In this document: positions 17,462 to 26,598 of the stretch, piece by piece | Position numbering within the stretch: the first letter of the stretch is position 1 | How the letters are laid out: every line of letters starts with the position of its first letter | Assembly (NCBI GenBank): GCA_049424145.1 | Contig: JBMSSC010000012.1 | Coordinates: 1 to 35,386, forward strand | DNA length: 35,386 nucleotides | Direction: 5' to 3' | From: Bdellovibrionia bacterium | GTDB lineage: Bacteria > Bdellovibrionota > UBA1018 | Program-made: the position numbers and the translations under genes | Notes under the pieces: generated by a model | The model's database searches: none | The model's input: only the letters and a program-made list of their open reading frames with translations | Told to the model about the DNA's origin: nothing

Positions 17462-18741
17462 GAGGCAAGCTCCATTCCGGTTGCCAGCGCTGAAATTCGT
17501 GCAATCGATCCGTAGGCGAGCTCTAAGATTGGCTCCTCTCGGAGTGTTTCATCAGTCAAATCAGTCTCGGGCGTTCTTAAATCAGACATGCAGAGTTTTT
17601 TAAACACCATGCCCTGGGAGTTGAGATTCTCCGTATCCCCTTTTTCTGTGTTGGTTCTTAAAAACCCTCCGATCAGCTCACAGCCCAGGAGGTAGATCAC
17701 AGGCTCGGCCGCTAATCGATCCACCAGGGTGGCCGTGGGCACTCCTTCTTGAACAATCACACTTTGAATCGGGAGTTTGTTCTTTCCTGTGCTCATTTTC
17801 GTTTTCAAGCGTCGATTCATGGTTAGAACCTCCTCAGGGGAACGAGCCACCATGACGCCCATTCCATAGGTGCCTGAGTTGTTTTTGATAAAAACAAATG
17901 GGTCCCGATCAATTTTTCGAGCTTGAAATTCTTTTTTAATCCTCTGGAGCATTTGATCGACAACGGAGGCCGTAGTCTCTAGCCCTTGCTCCTCGGAGAA
18001 GTTAACAGGGGTGACCTCTTGCGTATCGATTTGAATCATCCATGGGTCAATGTCAATGATCTGGGCAAACTCCCGAGCCAAACGATTGTAGTGAATGAAG
18101 TGTTCACTTTTTTTCCGAGAATGCCAACCCAACTGATGACTGGGAATGATGGGCTGGATCACTTGGTCCAATGGCGTGGGATAGCCACTGGAGAAGTCGT
18201 TATTGAGCAAAATCAACTCGGGCACGAACTGACCCAAAGAGGCCACGCCCCCGTGAATTTCAATGGTGGTGGCTCGAAGCCTTTTGCCCGTGGCTGAGAC
18301 GAGTTCAACGACACCGGCCATGGAGGATCCCTCAGGTTCTGGAGTCGGTCCGTACCACCCGATTTGGCACTCAAACCCTGCGTTTTCAATCATCTGATGG
18401 AGGTAAAACAAGTTTTCAATGTAGAAGCTGTTTTTGGTATGCGCCTCAGGCAAGATCAGAATACGGGATGCCGTTGGGATCTTCAGCTTCAGGCAAATAG
18501 CCTCAATTTGAGCGCGAAGCGTCATCGGAGCCACTCGGAGGTCCTCAGGGCAAATGTTATTAAAGCCTGCAGGATACAAGTTACTATCAACGGGAACGAT
18601 TTTTGCCCCTGAATCTCGTAAATCAATGGAACAATAAAACGGGGGAGGAAACTGCTTGGCGTATTGCATGTGCCAATCCCAGAGGGCGCGGCGGTGGGTT
18701 TGAATCCTTTGAGCTAAGAGGTGAGCAAGTTTTGAGGTCAT
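17449..18741 (-). CDS. gshA: Glutamate--cysteine ligase (ATP-grasp, betaproteobacterial/Acidithiobacillus type)
   Basis: PPFYCSIDLRDSGAKIVPVDSNLYPAGFNN, LLNNDFSSG, GWHSRKKSEHF, GTYGMGV, QEGVPT, AEPVIY and ENLNSQGM. Confidence 0.93.
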   Translation of the reverse strand: MTSKLAHLLAQRIQTHRRALWDWHMQYAKQFPPPFYCSIDLRDSGAKIVPVDSNLYPAGFNNICPEDLRVAPMTLRAQIEAICLKLKIPTASRILILPEAHTKNSFYIENLFYLHQMIENAGFECQIGWYGPTPEPEGSSMAGVVELVSATGKRLRATTIEIHGGVASLGQFVPELILLNNDFSSGYPTPLDQVIQPIIPSHQLGWHSRKKSEHFIHYNRLAREFAQIIDIDPWMIQIDTQEVTPVNFSEEQGLETTASVVDQMLQRIKKEFQARKIDRDPFVFIKNNSGTYGMGVMVARSPEEVLTMNRRLKTKMSTGKNKLPIQSVIVQEGVPTATLVDRLAAEPVIYLLGCELIGGFLRTNTEKGDTENLNSQGMVFKKLCMSDLRTPETDLTDETLREEPILELAYGSIARISALATGMELASHSG

Positions 18742-19823
18742 TCGGCTTTCCGATGGGGGGTTTTTAGAGGTTGAAGTGCTTTGAGCTGCTGAAGCTGCGA
18801 TGATAATTGCGTAAACGCAGGGAGGGACTTAGAGTCGGCCAAAGGTTTAAACGGCAAAAGAAGATCCAGGGCTTCTTGGGTTTGAGCTTCAAACGTTTTT
18901 AATAAGTAATCTGCAAGCTCGATTTGGTATCGTTTTCGCTCCTGACGCTGCAATCTCTCCGTGGGCGGGAGCTGCGGAGGAGGGGGGGTTAAACAGGCCT
19001 TCAGGTAGTCATGGAAGCTCTGGTGAATGAGCTGGCTTGCACGAGAAGCCTCAGTTGGGACTTCAAGCCTGAGAACTTCATTCCAATCCAATAGGGCTTC
19101 TTTGAGGCAAACCCCGCGCCGATCCATTAGGTTTTTGGCCTGAGCCTCGTTCATGGGGTGCTTCATTTGGAATTGGGCGCAGGAGTGAAGTTTGATTTGA
19201 AGCTTAAGGCGAGCCAGGGTTCCTTTTTTATCGGATGGAGAGGATTCGGAGACCTTTCTCTGGGCTCCTTGGAGGACGGATTCAGCCCGCTCCACGGATC
19301 CAAGCCCGAGGAGAGCAGAGGCCTTAATCAGGAGCCTTTGCAGCTGAATCTCAGTGAGGCTCAGAGGGAGGGTGAAATGACTTTGAGCCAAGACCTTTTC
19401 GTTTGACTCAATTTCGAGGCATAAGGTGAGGACTTCAGAAAATCGCTTGAGCTGAAGGAGGCATTCTCCCATTTCGAGCTGAGCCATCACTTGAGCGGGG
19501 TTGGGTCTTTGAGCCTGCACAAAGTGCTGAAGCATGGGCAGGGCTTCGGTAGGCTGGTTCAGTCTCAGGTAGGTCTTTCCAAGTAAAAAATGCGCTTCAA
19601 GAAAGCCTGGATGGCCTGGGTATCGGGCGACGAATCGCTTTAAAGCCAGGCTGGCCTCTGGGTAGTGGGCTTTTTCAAACTCCACTTGGGCGTCGTTCCA
19701 AAGGATCTGCGCCTCACTGGCAGAGGTGGGACCTAAGGAGGTGGGGACGGCTGCAAATCCTGAAGTTTGGAGTGCAAAACCTGAAAGGCTAATGAGGGTG
19801 AGGCTGAAGAGCCGTCGCAACAT
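18738..19823 (-). CDS. Secreted tetratricopeptide-repeat protein (BamD/YbgF-like N-terminal TPRs)
   Basis: Signal peptide from ATG19823 (SD GGAGG); FVARYPG..EAHFLLGKTY TPR pattern; 4-nt overlap with the gshA start. Confidence 0.75.
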   Translation of the reverse strand: MLRRLFSLTLISLSGFALQTSGFAAVPTSLGPTSASEAQILWNDAQVEFEKAHYPEASLALKRFVARYPGHPGFLEAHFLLGKTYLRLNQPTEALPMLQHFVQAQRPNPAQVMAQLEMGECLLQLKRFSEVLTLCLEIESNEKVLAQSHFTLPLSLTEIQLQRLLIKASALLGLGSVERAESVLQGAQRKVSESSPSDKKGTLARLKLQIKLHSCAQFQMKHPMNEAQAKNLMDRRGVCLKEALLDWNEVLRLEVPTEASRASQLIHQSFHDYLKACLTPPPPQLPPTERLQRQERKRYQIELADYLLKTFEAQTQEALDLLLPFKPLADSKSLPAFTQLSSQLQQLKALQPLKTPHRKAE

Positions 19824-20922
19824 AAAGCAAGTCCTCCACTGAGTGCACATCGCGAGCTAATTCTGTTACTTTCGCACAAATTGGAATTCCCGTCTTCTGC
19901 AAATTTTCCGTCACGATCTGCTCGCGCCCTCGAATGTCTTGCATGATCTCAAAGGCACCTTGATAGGGTTTTATTTGGCTGGGCTCCAACGGCTCGGCTG
20001 AAGGGTCCAGGTGCTCCAGCGTGCGATTCAAAATGATTCCATCAAAGCTAAACTGATGCTCTTGCACGCTTTGGATGAAGTGCTTGGCCTCCTCAATTGC
20101 GTCCATGGTCGGAGTGGTCACCATGAGAAAACCCACCTCGGAAGATTGCAGCAGAGTGGTGATTTTCTTGAGGCTGGCTGAGAAGTTCACCTGCACTTCA
20201 AAAAGAGACGCGGCGAAGTCAAACAGATGAGTCATAAAGCCTGCGCCCGTGAGTTTCTCTAAGATGCTCAGGGCTTTTTTAATCCCTGAGGAGAGAAGCT
20301 GGTTGGCCGGTAAGACCAGAAGTCGAACGAGCTTTTCATCAAAAAAGCGAGCCAGAAGCTGCGGTGCGTTTAAGAATGCAAGCGTGTTTCGGCTGGGAGG
20401 GGTATCGAGGACAATAAAATCATACTGTCCCGATCGGTAGAGTGACAGGAGACGTTCTAATGCCATGTATTCGTTTGTGCCTGAGAATTCCTTAGCAAAG
20501 ATCTGAAAAATTGGATTTTCGATGACCTTTTGGGTCACAGCAGGATGAGGCGAGAGCTCATGAACAAAGTTCTCAAACGTTCGTCGCGTATCCGGCATGA
20601 TGGCCGAGAGGCTTCCCTCGGTGTTCCAATTCGGATTCGGGCGAAAGAGGTTTTGTGCCTGCGCATGCTGGAGACTCTCACGCAACTGAGACGTGATGTC
20701 TTTGGGGTGATCATCCAATGAGTCAAGTCCCAGGGAGTTGGCCAGGCGCTTGGCCGGATCGATGGTGATCACAGCCACTTTTTTTCCCATTAAGGCCGCT
20801 CGAATGGCAATGGCTGCACTCAGCGTGGTTTTTCCCACTCCACCCATGCCGCAGGTGATTAACACTTTTCTTTTTTTTAAAATCGAATCCAGATCCATTT
20901 GCTCACCAGGTGTGGGGTTCAT
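19789..20922 (-). CDS. ArsA/Get3-family ATPase, second subunit
   Basis: CGMGGVGKTT, TIDPAKRLA, DFIVLDTPP and ILNR. Likely start ATG20922, just after the upstream stop. Confidence 0.9.
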   Translation of the reverse strand: MNPTPGEQMDLDSILKKRKVLITCGMGGVGKTTLSAAIAIRAALMGKKVAVITIDPAKRLANSLGLDSLDDHPKDITSQLRESLQHAQAQNLFRPNPNWNTEGSLSAIMPDTRRTFENFVHELSPHPAVTQKVIENPIFQIFAKEFSGTNEYMALERLLSLYRSGQYDFIVLDTPPSRNTLAFLNAPQLLARFFDEKLVRLLVLPANQLLSSGIKKALSILEKLTGAGFMTHLFDFAASLFEVQVNFSASLKKITTLLQSSEVGFLMVTTPTMDAIEEAKHFIQSVQEHQFSFDGIILNRTLEHLDPSAEPLEPSQIKPYQGAFEIMQDIRGREQIVTENLQKTGIPICAKVTELARDVHSVEDLLYVATALQPHPH

Positions 20923-20927
20923 TGAGT

Positions 20928-21827
20928 TTAATGCCCTTGGGTTTTGAGTTGTTCGGCCAACTGGTTGACCAGGGCCTGAGAACTGGAGTTGGCCTCCTTT
21001 TGTCCTAAGGCCACCCAATTCAATCGCCCAAATTCAATTCCTAAGTCTCGCCAAATCCTCAGATTATAACTTTCTAGAAGAGTTCGTTTTTTGGCATACT
21101 CCCGAGCCGAATGCGCCAGAGGGGTGGGCCAGTCTTTGGGAGTCTCCCTGATATTTAGGCTTGAGTCTTGGACCTCAGGAAAGAGTCGGTTGACAAAAAA
21201 GTAGGCCGGGTTCTGAGGAAAGAGTTTAACTAGGTAGTCATTGAGGTCCAAGGCTTCTCGAAGAGGCATCTCCTCAGGCAAGGATAGGATCAAGTGAGTG
21301 GTCTGCTCGGAGTCTTGAAGCGTGGTGAGCATGGACTGAGCATCCCGATTGAGCGGTCCACCATGAAAGAGCTTGATGAAGTTCTCCGTGCTTTGAAACA
21401 TGGCTAGCCCATAGCCCGTGGATTGCATGTCAACGACGACGTGATCGAAGTGAGACCGCTCGAACCAAACTTTACCCAGTAAAACGAGTTCATGAATGCC
21501 AGGTGCGGCTTGAGATAGATAGCGCATTAATTTATTTTGAAGAAAAATGCGAGTTAACGCTGGGATTCCGATTTTCATGGAAGCGTATTCTTCAAAGGCT
21601 TCAGTAAAATCACAGTTCAGCTCCCAAAGATGGGAGGTTTTTTGAATGATCTCCCCTTTGGGTTTGACGGGGTCTTCAAATGTACACCATAGAGTTCGAT
21701 GGCCCTGCTCGGCGAGACGCAGGGCGATGGCTTGAGAGACGGCCGACTTTCCGACTCCCCCTTTGCCATGAACAAAGATGAGGTTTCGTTTGAGGGCCTG
21801 AGGGATAGCTTCAGAAAAAGAGGGCAT
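20928..21827 (-). CDS. ArsA/Get3-family ATPase, first subunit
   Basis: HGKGGVGKS, AAPGIHELVLLGK, VVVDMQSTG, LPEEMPLRE and VNR. Confidence 0.88.
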   Translation of the reverse strand: MPSFSEAIPQALKRNLIFVHGKGGVGKSAVSQAIALRLAEQGHRTLWCTFEDPVKPKGEIIQKTSHLWELNCDFTEAFEEYASMKIGIPALTRIFLQNKLMRYLSQAAPGIHELVLLGKVWFERSHFDHVVVDMQSTGYGLAMFQSTENFIKLFHGGPLNRDAQSMLTTLQDSEQTTHLILSLPEEMPLREALDLNDYLVKLFPQNPAYFFVNRLFPEVQDSSLNIRETPKDWPTPLAHSAREYAKKRTLLESYNLRIWRDLGIEFGRLNWVALGQKEANSSSQALVNQLAEQLKTQGH

Positions 21828-21948
21828 CAGTGCTCCGCAAGGGGTCCAAGTTTGAATCCAAGCGATTTCTTTAGCACCTTGAAAAAAGTTTTACAAGAAA
21901 GCGTCAATCGGCTTAGACTGAAGGGAAAAACGGATCAAGGTGGCAAGC

Positions 21949-22548
21949 ATGCTGAATCGTTTCAGGTTGTTCTTTGGAGTCGTATCCATTTGCGTGGTTT
22001 CTGGTTGTGGACCCACAGCCTTTATTAAAGGGGAGTATGATGACCCCACTCGAGTGGAGCTTTTGGATGATCAGTTTAATGAAGCCGATCTGCAGCAAAT
22101 GGCTGAAACGGTCGTAAAGGCCATGGTCTCCTGCCCTTATGTCCTAGGAGCGAAAAAGCCCCCCGTGGTTCAAGTAGAGAAGGTGGCCAATCGGACTCAA
22201 GAGCACATTGATACCCTCTCTTTGACGGATAAGGTCAGAACGGCTTTAATTAAGTCAGGCAAAGTCCGTTTCATCAATAAAGAGGAACGAGAAACGATTT
22301 CTGAGGAGTATGACTACCATGCCTCAGGTCAAGTCTCAGCAACGACGGCAAAAAAACGAGGGTCTCAAGTGGGAGCTGACTACATTTTAAGCGGCTCGCT
22401 TTCCACCAACGTTCAGCAAGTGGGTAACGACAAGTTAATTTACTATAAGCTGACCATGAATCTCACTCATCTGGAGACCTCAACGATTGATTGCACCGAA
22501 GAAAAAGAAATTAGAAAAAAATATAGGAAACGAAGCCTCGGACTTTAA
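21949..22548 (+). CDS. lpoB: Penicillin-binding protein activator LpoB-family lipoprotein
   Basis: Lipobox VSGC; ANRTQEHID, LIKSGKVRF, GADYILSG and YYKLTMNL. Confidence 0.85.
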   Translation: MLNRFRLFFGVVSICVVSGCGPTAFIKGEYDDPTRVELLDDQFNEADLQQMAETVVKAMVSCPYVLGAKKPPVVQVEKVANRTQEHIDTLSLTDKVRTALIKSGKVRFINKEERETISEEYDYHASGQVSATTAKKRGSQVGADYILSGSLSTNVQQVGNDKLIYYKLTMNLTHLETSTIDCTEEKEIRKKYRKRSLGL

Positions 22549-22565
22549 GTGAGAATGAGGAGGTC

Positions 22566-23924
22566 ATGGACTCCGCAAAGGGCTCTGGCTTATGGGATTC
22601 TGTCATGAGGGGGAGAGTCTTTTTTTTCCTAGGCCGGAACTGGTTTGTTTTGATTCTTGGCCTGCAGAGCCTAGGCTGTGTGTCGGCTCGCATGTCTGAC
22701 ACTCAATCGGATGAATTGTTTTATCAAGGAAGGTATCAGGCCGCGGCCGAGCGCCTCAGACAAGGGGCTCAGGAGCAAGGGGAGTCAGGGCGAGATTTAC
22801 TTTTGTACTTGCTGGATCAAGGGCTTGCGCTTCATGCAGCAGGTCAATGGGAAGAGAGCAACCGTGTTTTTCTCCAGGCCGATCAGATGGCTGAGATCAA
22901 AGACTACACGAGTCTTACGACCGAGGGGGCAACACTGCTCACGGGCGATAACTTGGGGGACTACAAAGGGGAGGATTTTGAAAAAGTCCTCATCAACACC
23001 TATCTTGCGATGAATTATGCTTTGATGGGAGACTTGGAGAACGCTTTGGTGGAAGCCAGGCGGGTCAATCATAAGCTCTCGCTCATGGTGAGTGAAGGTC
23101 ATCGACACTATCAGCAAAGTGCCTTTGCTCGCTACCTCTCGGCCGTTCTCTACGAGGCAGAGCAGAATTTTAACGATGCCTTCATTGATTATCAAAACAC
23201 TCAGAAGTTAAATCCGAGCATCCCAGGATTGGGATTGGATCTTTGGCGATGTGCTTGGCAGCTCCACAGGCGTGATGAGATGGTGCGCTTAGATCGAGAG
23301 TTTCACCTCAGTGCCCAAGATCATCTCCTGGCCAAGAAACTGGGTCCTCGCTCCGGTTTTGGAGAGCTCGTCATCTTATTTGAAAATGGTCTGTCTCCCA
23401 TCAAACGCCCCAACCCCTCCTTTTCTCAGCTCCCCAAGTTTTACCCGCGCCCCAATCCCGTTGAATTTGCCCAGGTCAAAGTCAATGGCGTCTGGGTCGG
23501 CAATACCCATTTGATTGAGGACATTGAGGAAAAAGCTATTGAAAATCTCGATGAAAAGTACGGGGCCCTCATTGCCAAGAAAATGGCGGGTCTCGTCGCT
23601 AAGGAGTTGGTTTCTTATGAGGTGGGTCAGCAAACCAATAGTCCTCTTTTAAGATCGCTCCTTCGCCTATTTTTTTACCTGAGCGATCAAGCTGATCTGC
23701 GCTCCTGGAACTTGCTGCCAAAGGAGTTGCATGTGCTTCGCATCGCAGTGGAGCCCGGCACTTATACCGTAAGGCTTACGCCTCAGGGGAGTTTCCTTCG
23801 AGCTCAACCCGGGCCTGCTGAAAAAGTGGTCCAAGTGCAGGCGGGAAAGAAAGTGTTTCTCAATTGGCGCTGGATGCCTTGCGAATCAGCTTCACGCTGT
23901 GAATGGGGATTTGGTCCCGGATAA
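22566..23924 (+). CDS. COG3014-like TPR lipoprotein, the usual companion of lpoB
   Basis: Lipobox SLGC; LLYLLDQG, YKGEDFEKVL, ALVEARR and QADLRSWNLLP. The start may be a later ATG. Confidence 0.8.
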   Translation: MDSAKGSGLWDSVMRGRVFFFLGRNWFVLILGLQSLGCVSARMSDTQSDELFYQGRYQAAAERLRQGAQEQGESGRDLLLYLLDQGLALHAAGQWEESNRVFLQADQMAEIKDYTSLTTEGATLLTGDNLGDYKGEDFEKVLINTYLAMNYALMGDLENALVEARRVNHKLSLMVSEGHRHYQQSAFARYLSAVLYEAEQNFNDAFIDYQNTQKLNPSIPGLGLDLWRCAWQLHRRDEMVRLDREFHLSAQDHLLAKKLGPRSGFGELVILFENGLSPIKRPNPSFSQLPKFYPRPNPVEFAQVKVNGVWVGNTHLIEDIEEKAIENLDEKYGALIAKKMAGLVAKELVSYEVGQQTNSPLLRSLLRLFFYLSDQADLRSWNLLPKELHVLRIAVEPGTYTVRLTPQGSFLRAQPGPAEKVVQVQAGKKVFLNWRWMPCESASRCEWGFGPG

Positions 23925-24633
23925 AGAGTTTTTCAAACAACGTGACCTCAGGGATTTCAAGCCGCTCAGGGGAGGGGTGTCCTTGGTGGAGGTTACGGGT
24001 GAGTTCCTGGATCTGCCAATGGGATTGAGCCCCTTCGATGGCCTCGAGCATCCAGTCAAAGTACGCGGCATGATCGGTTTTGATGTGAAAAATCCCGCCC
24101 TTCTTAACCACCGGAGCAATCCGATTGAGTTGTTCCGCGGTGATGAAGCGATTTTTCCAATGGGCCTTTTTGGGCCAAGGATCGGGGAAAAACAGATAGA
24201 GCCGATCGATCTCCTCGGGCTGAAACATAAAGGGCAGTCGTTCGGCATGGGATCTGAACCAAAGGAGGTTTTGAATGCCTCTTTTTTTCGTCTTCTCTGC
24301 TGCTCGAAAGATGGGCTTAAATTTCCAGTCAATCCCAATGTAAGCTGCGTTGGGGTTGGCTTTAGCCCACTCTAAAGTGACATGACCTGCGTTGCAGCCG
24401 ATTTCCACGTGAAGCTCCCTGGGGTGATGGGAAGAATCAGCGTGGTCCTTGACGGCCGTCGCGGTGTTTTGCGTGTCAGGGAAGAAGGCTCGCCAGTTTC
24501 CTGCGTGCTCCTCCGTGTCATGATCGCAAAACACCCATCCTTTTTGCTCTTGAATCTTAGCCCAATAGGGGTTTTTCCCTCGAGGGTACTGATACTCAGG
24601 ATGGTCAATGGGGTACTTCAAATTCAAGCTCAT
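23860..24633 (-). CDS. trmB: tRNA (guanine-N7)-methyltransferase
   Basis: VEIGCNAG, FFPDPWPKKAH, KTDH..YF and TLFEK. Confidence 0.93.
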   Translation of the reverse strand: MSLNLKYPIDHPEYQYPRGKNPYWAKIQEQKGWVFCDHDTEEHAGNWRAFFPDTQNTATAVKDHADSSHHPRELHVEIGCNAGHVTLEWAKANPNAAYIGIDWKFKPIFRAAEKTKKRGIQNLLWFRSHAERLPFMFQPEEIDRLYLFFPDPWPKKAHWKNRFITAEQLNRIAPVVKKGGIFHIKTDHAAYFDWMLEAIEGAQSHWQIQELTRNLHQGHPSPERLEIPEVTLFEKLFIRDQIPIHSVKLIRKASSAN

Positions 24634-24974
24634 CAGGTCACTACTTTAGTTTACGATTTTCGTCTCAGATTCCGATCTCCTCTTTTTTCGCCCCGGTGGG
24701 GGCGATTGAGTCGATCAGGTCATCCTTACAGGATGGGGCAATCAGAGGATTCCGATTTGGTTTGAAACCTACGTCAAACGCCGTTTCAAGACAAGGCCAA
24801 ATTCAGTCGAAAGGAGACACAAAACACGGTGGATTCAAATTTCTTCCGACTGACCGGATCTTCTGGTCCTAGGATCTGAGGACTCTCAGGTCTTGAGGTC
24901 CTTCTGTCCTCGGGGGGTGAGCCTGAAACGAAGCGCTCCCCCGAACTCATCCTCACTTCAAAAAGCCTCAGGCA

Positions 24975-25808
24975 TTATCCTAAGAGCTTTAATGCAAGCT
25001 GTGGCACTGAATTGGCCTGTGCGAGAACGGACGTATTGGCTTGAGCCAAGATGTTGCGTTTCACCAGCTCGCTTGAGGCTTCAGCAAAGTCCGTGTCTCG
25101 AATGCGGCTGTTTGCAGCTTCCAGGTTTTCTTTGCTCACGGAGAGGTTATTGATCGTGGATTGCAGGCGGTTTTGAAGCGCACCTAAATTCGCACGGTTG
25201 CTGTTTAAGTGCTCAATAGCACTGTCCAGCATATCAATGTTTTGCTGAGAGTTCATCTTGGTCTCAGTGGACAATCCATCGATTCCTAAAATCGATGAGG
25301 AGAGACCCAGGCCTGGGGCATCATAAAGGAAGCGATCCAGTAGGGGATTGTTCTGAGTTCCCACTTGGAATTCCAGAGGAGGGCTTTTGCCATCCAAAAG
25401 CTTCATCCCGTTGAACTCGGTGGTGGAAATAATACGATCGATTTCAGACTTTAATTGGGTCACTTCTTTGTTGATGAAGCCGCGCTCGGTGTCTCCAATG
25501 GTATCAGAAGCACCTTGGATGGAGAGCTCTCTGAGACGAACCAAGATGTTGCTCACTTCATTCATGGCGCCTTCAGCCACTTGCAGAAGGCTGACCCCAT
25601 CGTTTGCGTTTCGGGAAGCTTGACGAATGCTGCGGATCTGAGACTTCAACTTCTCGCTGATGGCTAAGCCTGCAGCATCATCCGCGGAACGATTGATTCT
25701 GGATCCCGAGGATAATTGCTCAAAAACTGCCTTCTGGGAATCCAAGTTGGTTACCATATTTCTGTGAGCGGTCATCGACTGAATATTGGAATTAATGCGC
25801 AAACCCAT
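24975..25808 (-). CDS. fliC: Flagellin (short, 277 aa, essentially D0/D1 only)
   Basis: MGLRINSN, LSSGSRINRSADDAAGLAI, RANLGALQNRL, SRIRDTDFA and VLAQAN. SD AGGAGG. Confidence 0.97.
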   Translation of the reverse strand: MGLRINSNIQSMTAHRNMVTNLDSQKAVFEQLSSGSRINRSADDAAGLAISEKLKSQIRSIRQASRNANDGVSLLQVAEGAMNEVSNILVRLRELSIQGASDTIGDTERGFINKEVTQLKSEIDRIISTTEFNGMKLLDGKSPPLEFQVGTQNNPLLDRFLYDAPGLGLSSSILGIDGLSTETKMNSQQNIDMLDSAIEHLNSNRANLGALQNRLQSTINNLSVSKENLEAANSRIRDTDFAEASSELVKRNILAQANTSVLAQANSVPQLALKLLG

Positions 25809-25873
25809 ACTATCCTCCTAGTAAAGTTCTAAGTTATTCCTTCCTTAAAAGTTACTCTTCCTCAGAGAGAGTA

Positions 25874-25895
25874 GGTTGCTATCCATGCTTCAACC
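25874..25895 (-). promoter_or_regulatory. Putative CsrA-binding hairpin in the flagellin 5' UTR
   Basis: Minus strand GGTTG-aa-GC-ATGGATA-GC-AACC, with ANGGA in a loop. Further GGA motifs follow (AAGGAAGGA and the SD). Confidence 0.55.
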
Positions 25896-25904
25896 ACAGT
25901 AATA

Positions 25905-25931
25905 GGATCGGTGAAATATTTGCCGGCTTTA
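25905..25931 (-). promoter_or_regulatory. Sigma28 (FliA) promoter of flagellin
   Basis: Minus strand TAAA-N15-ACCGATCC, about 100 nt upstream of the flagellin ATG. Confidence 0.8.
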
Positions 25932-26067
25932 GGAAAATTTGAACTATTTCAAGATCTTATACCTTACTAAATTAGTCTATTGTTCAATGGCGTGAACTGC
26001 TTTTTTTAAGAGAGTCTCAAAACGTGCCCAACGAGAGCCGCCAAGTCGTTTGGTACCTTGGCCCGGG

Positions 26068-26380
26068 TTGACGGCCTTTCCGTGAAGGGATTCCCTGAAG
26101 TGGCTTTCGCCGCTTTGAGCGATTCACGTCCGAATCGGAGAATGTTTCTTGCTGCGTTGATGTAACGATCGCGATGAGTGTGGCATTGTCTAAAAATCTA
26201 TTCTCTTACGCCAAGGCCACCGAGGCCACTCGCGTCGGTCTTCATCTGACAGACCGAGCAAGTGTCGGTGGAGAAATTCTCGATCGCGGATAAGATTTTT
26301 TGATTTTTCTGTGTTGCTTTAAATCTGAGCAAAGCAAAAAAACCTAAATCGGATAAACAATCCTGAGTATCGCTTGTAGC
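26068..26380 (-). pseudogene. tnpB: Decayed IS200/IS605-family tnpB 3' fragment with transposon right end
   Basis: Reading through the TAG at 26198-26200 gives LLRFKA...ENFSTDTCSVC...GLGGLGVRE*IFRQCHTHRDRYINAARNILRFG, which matches the TnpB Zn ribbon plus HDRDxNAAxNI. It is followed by GGAATCCC...GTCAA, typical of IS605 right ends. The left boundary is approximate. Confidence 0.8.
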
Positions 26381-26598
26381 CCAGGCAACACGTCGCATCC
26401 ACCAATAGCCTGATCTGCTTTAAGGCAACTCAGAAGTCTCTCTTGAATTTAAGTCTGATTCCGAGGTTTAAGGGATTAACACTAGGGTCAATGAACTCAA
26501 ATTTTTTGACTCCTTTAAATCGAAAAAAAATTGACTGACTTTAAAAATTGATACTGATTTTATTAGGTGATTTTTGACGACGCTAAATTTAATATTAA

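Noticed and set aside
19789..21827. Arsenic resistance operon
   Set aside because: No arsB/acr3/arsC/arsR/arsD, and no evident metalloid-binding Cys cluster.
26198..26398. Independent 66-aa protein
   Set aside because: It is part of the tnpB pseudogene; homology continues past the TAG.
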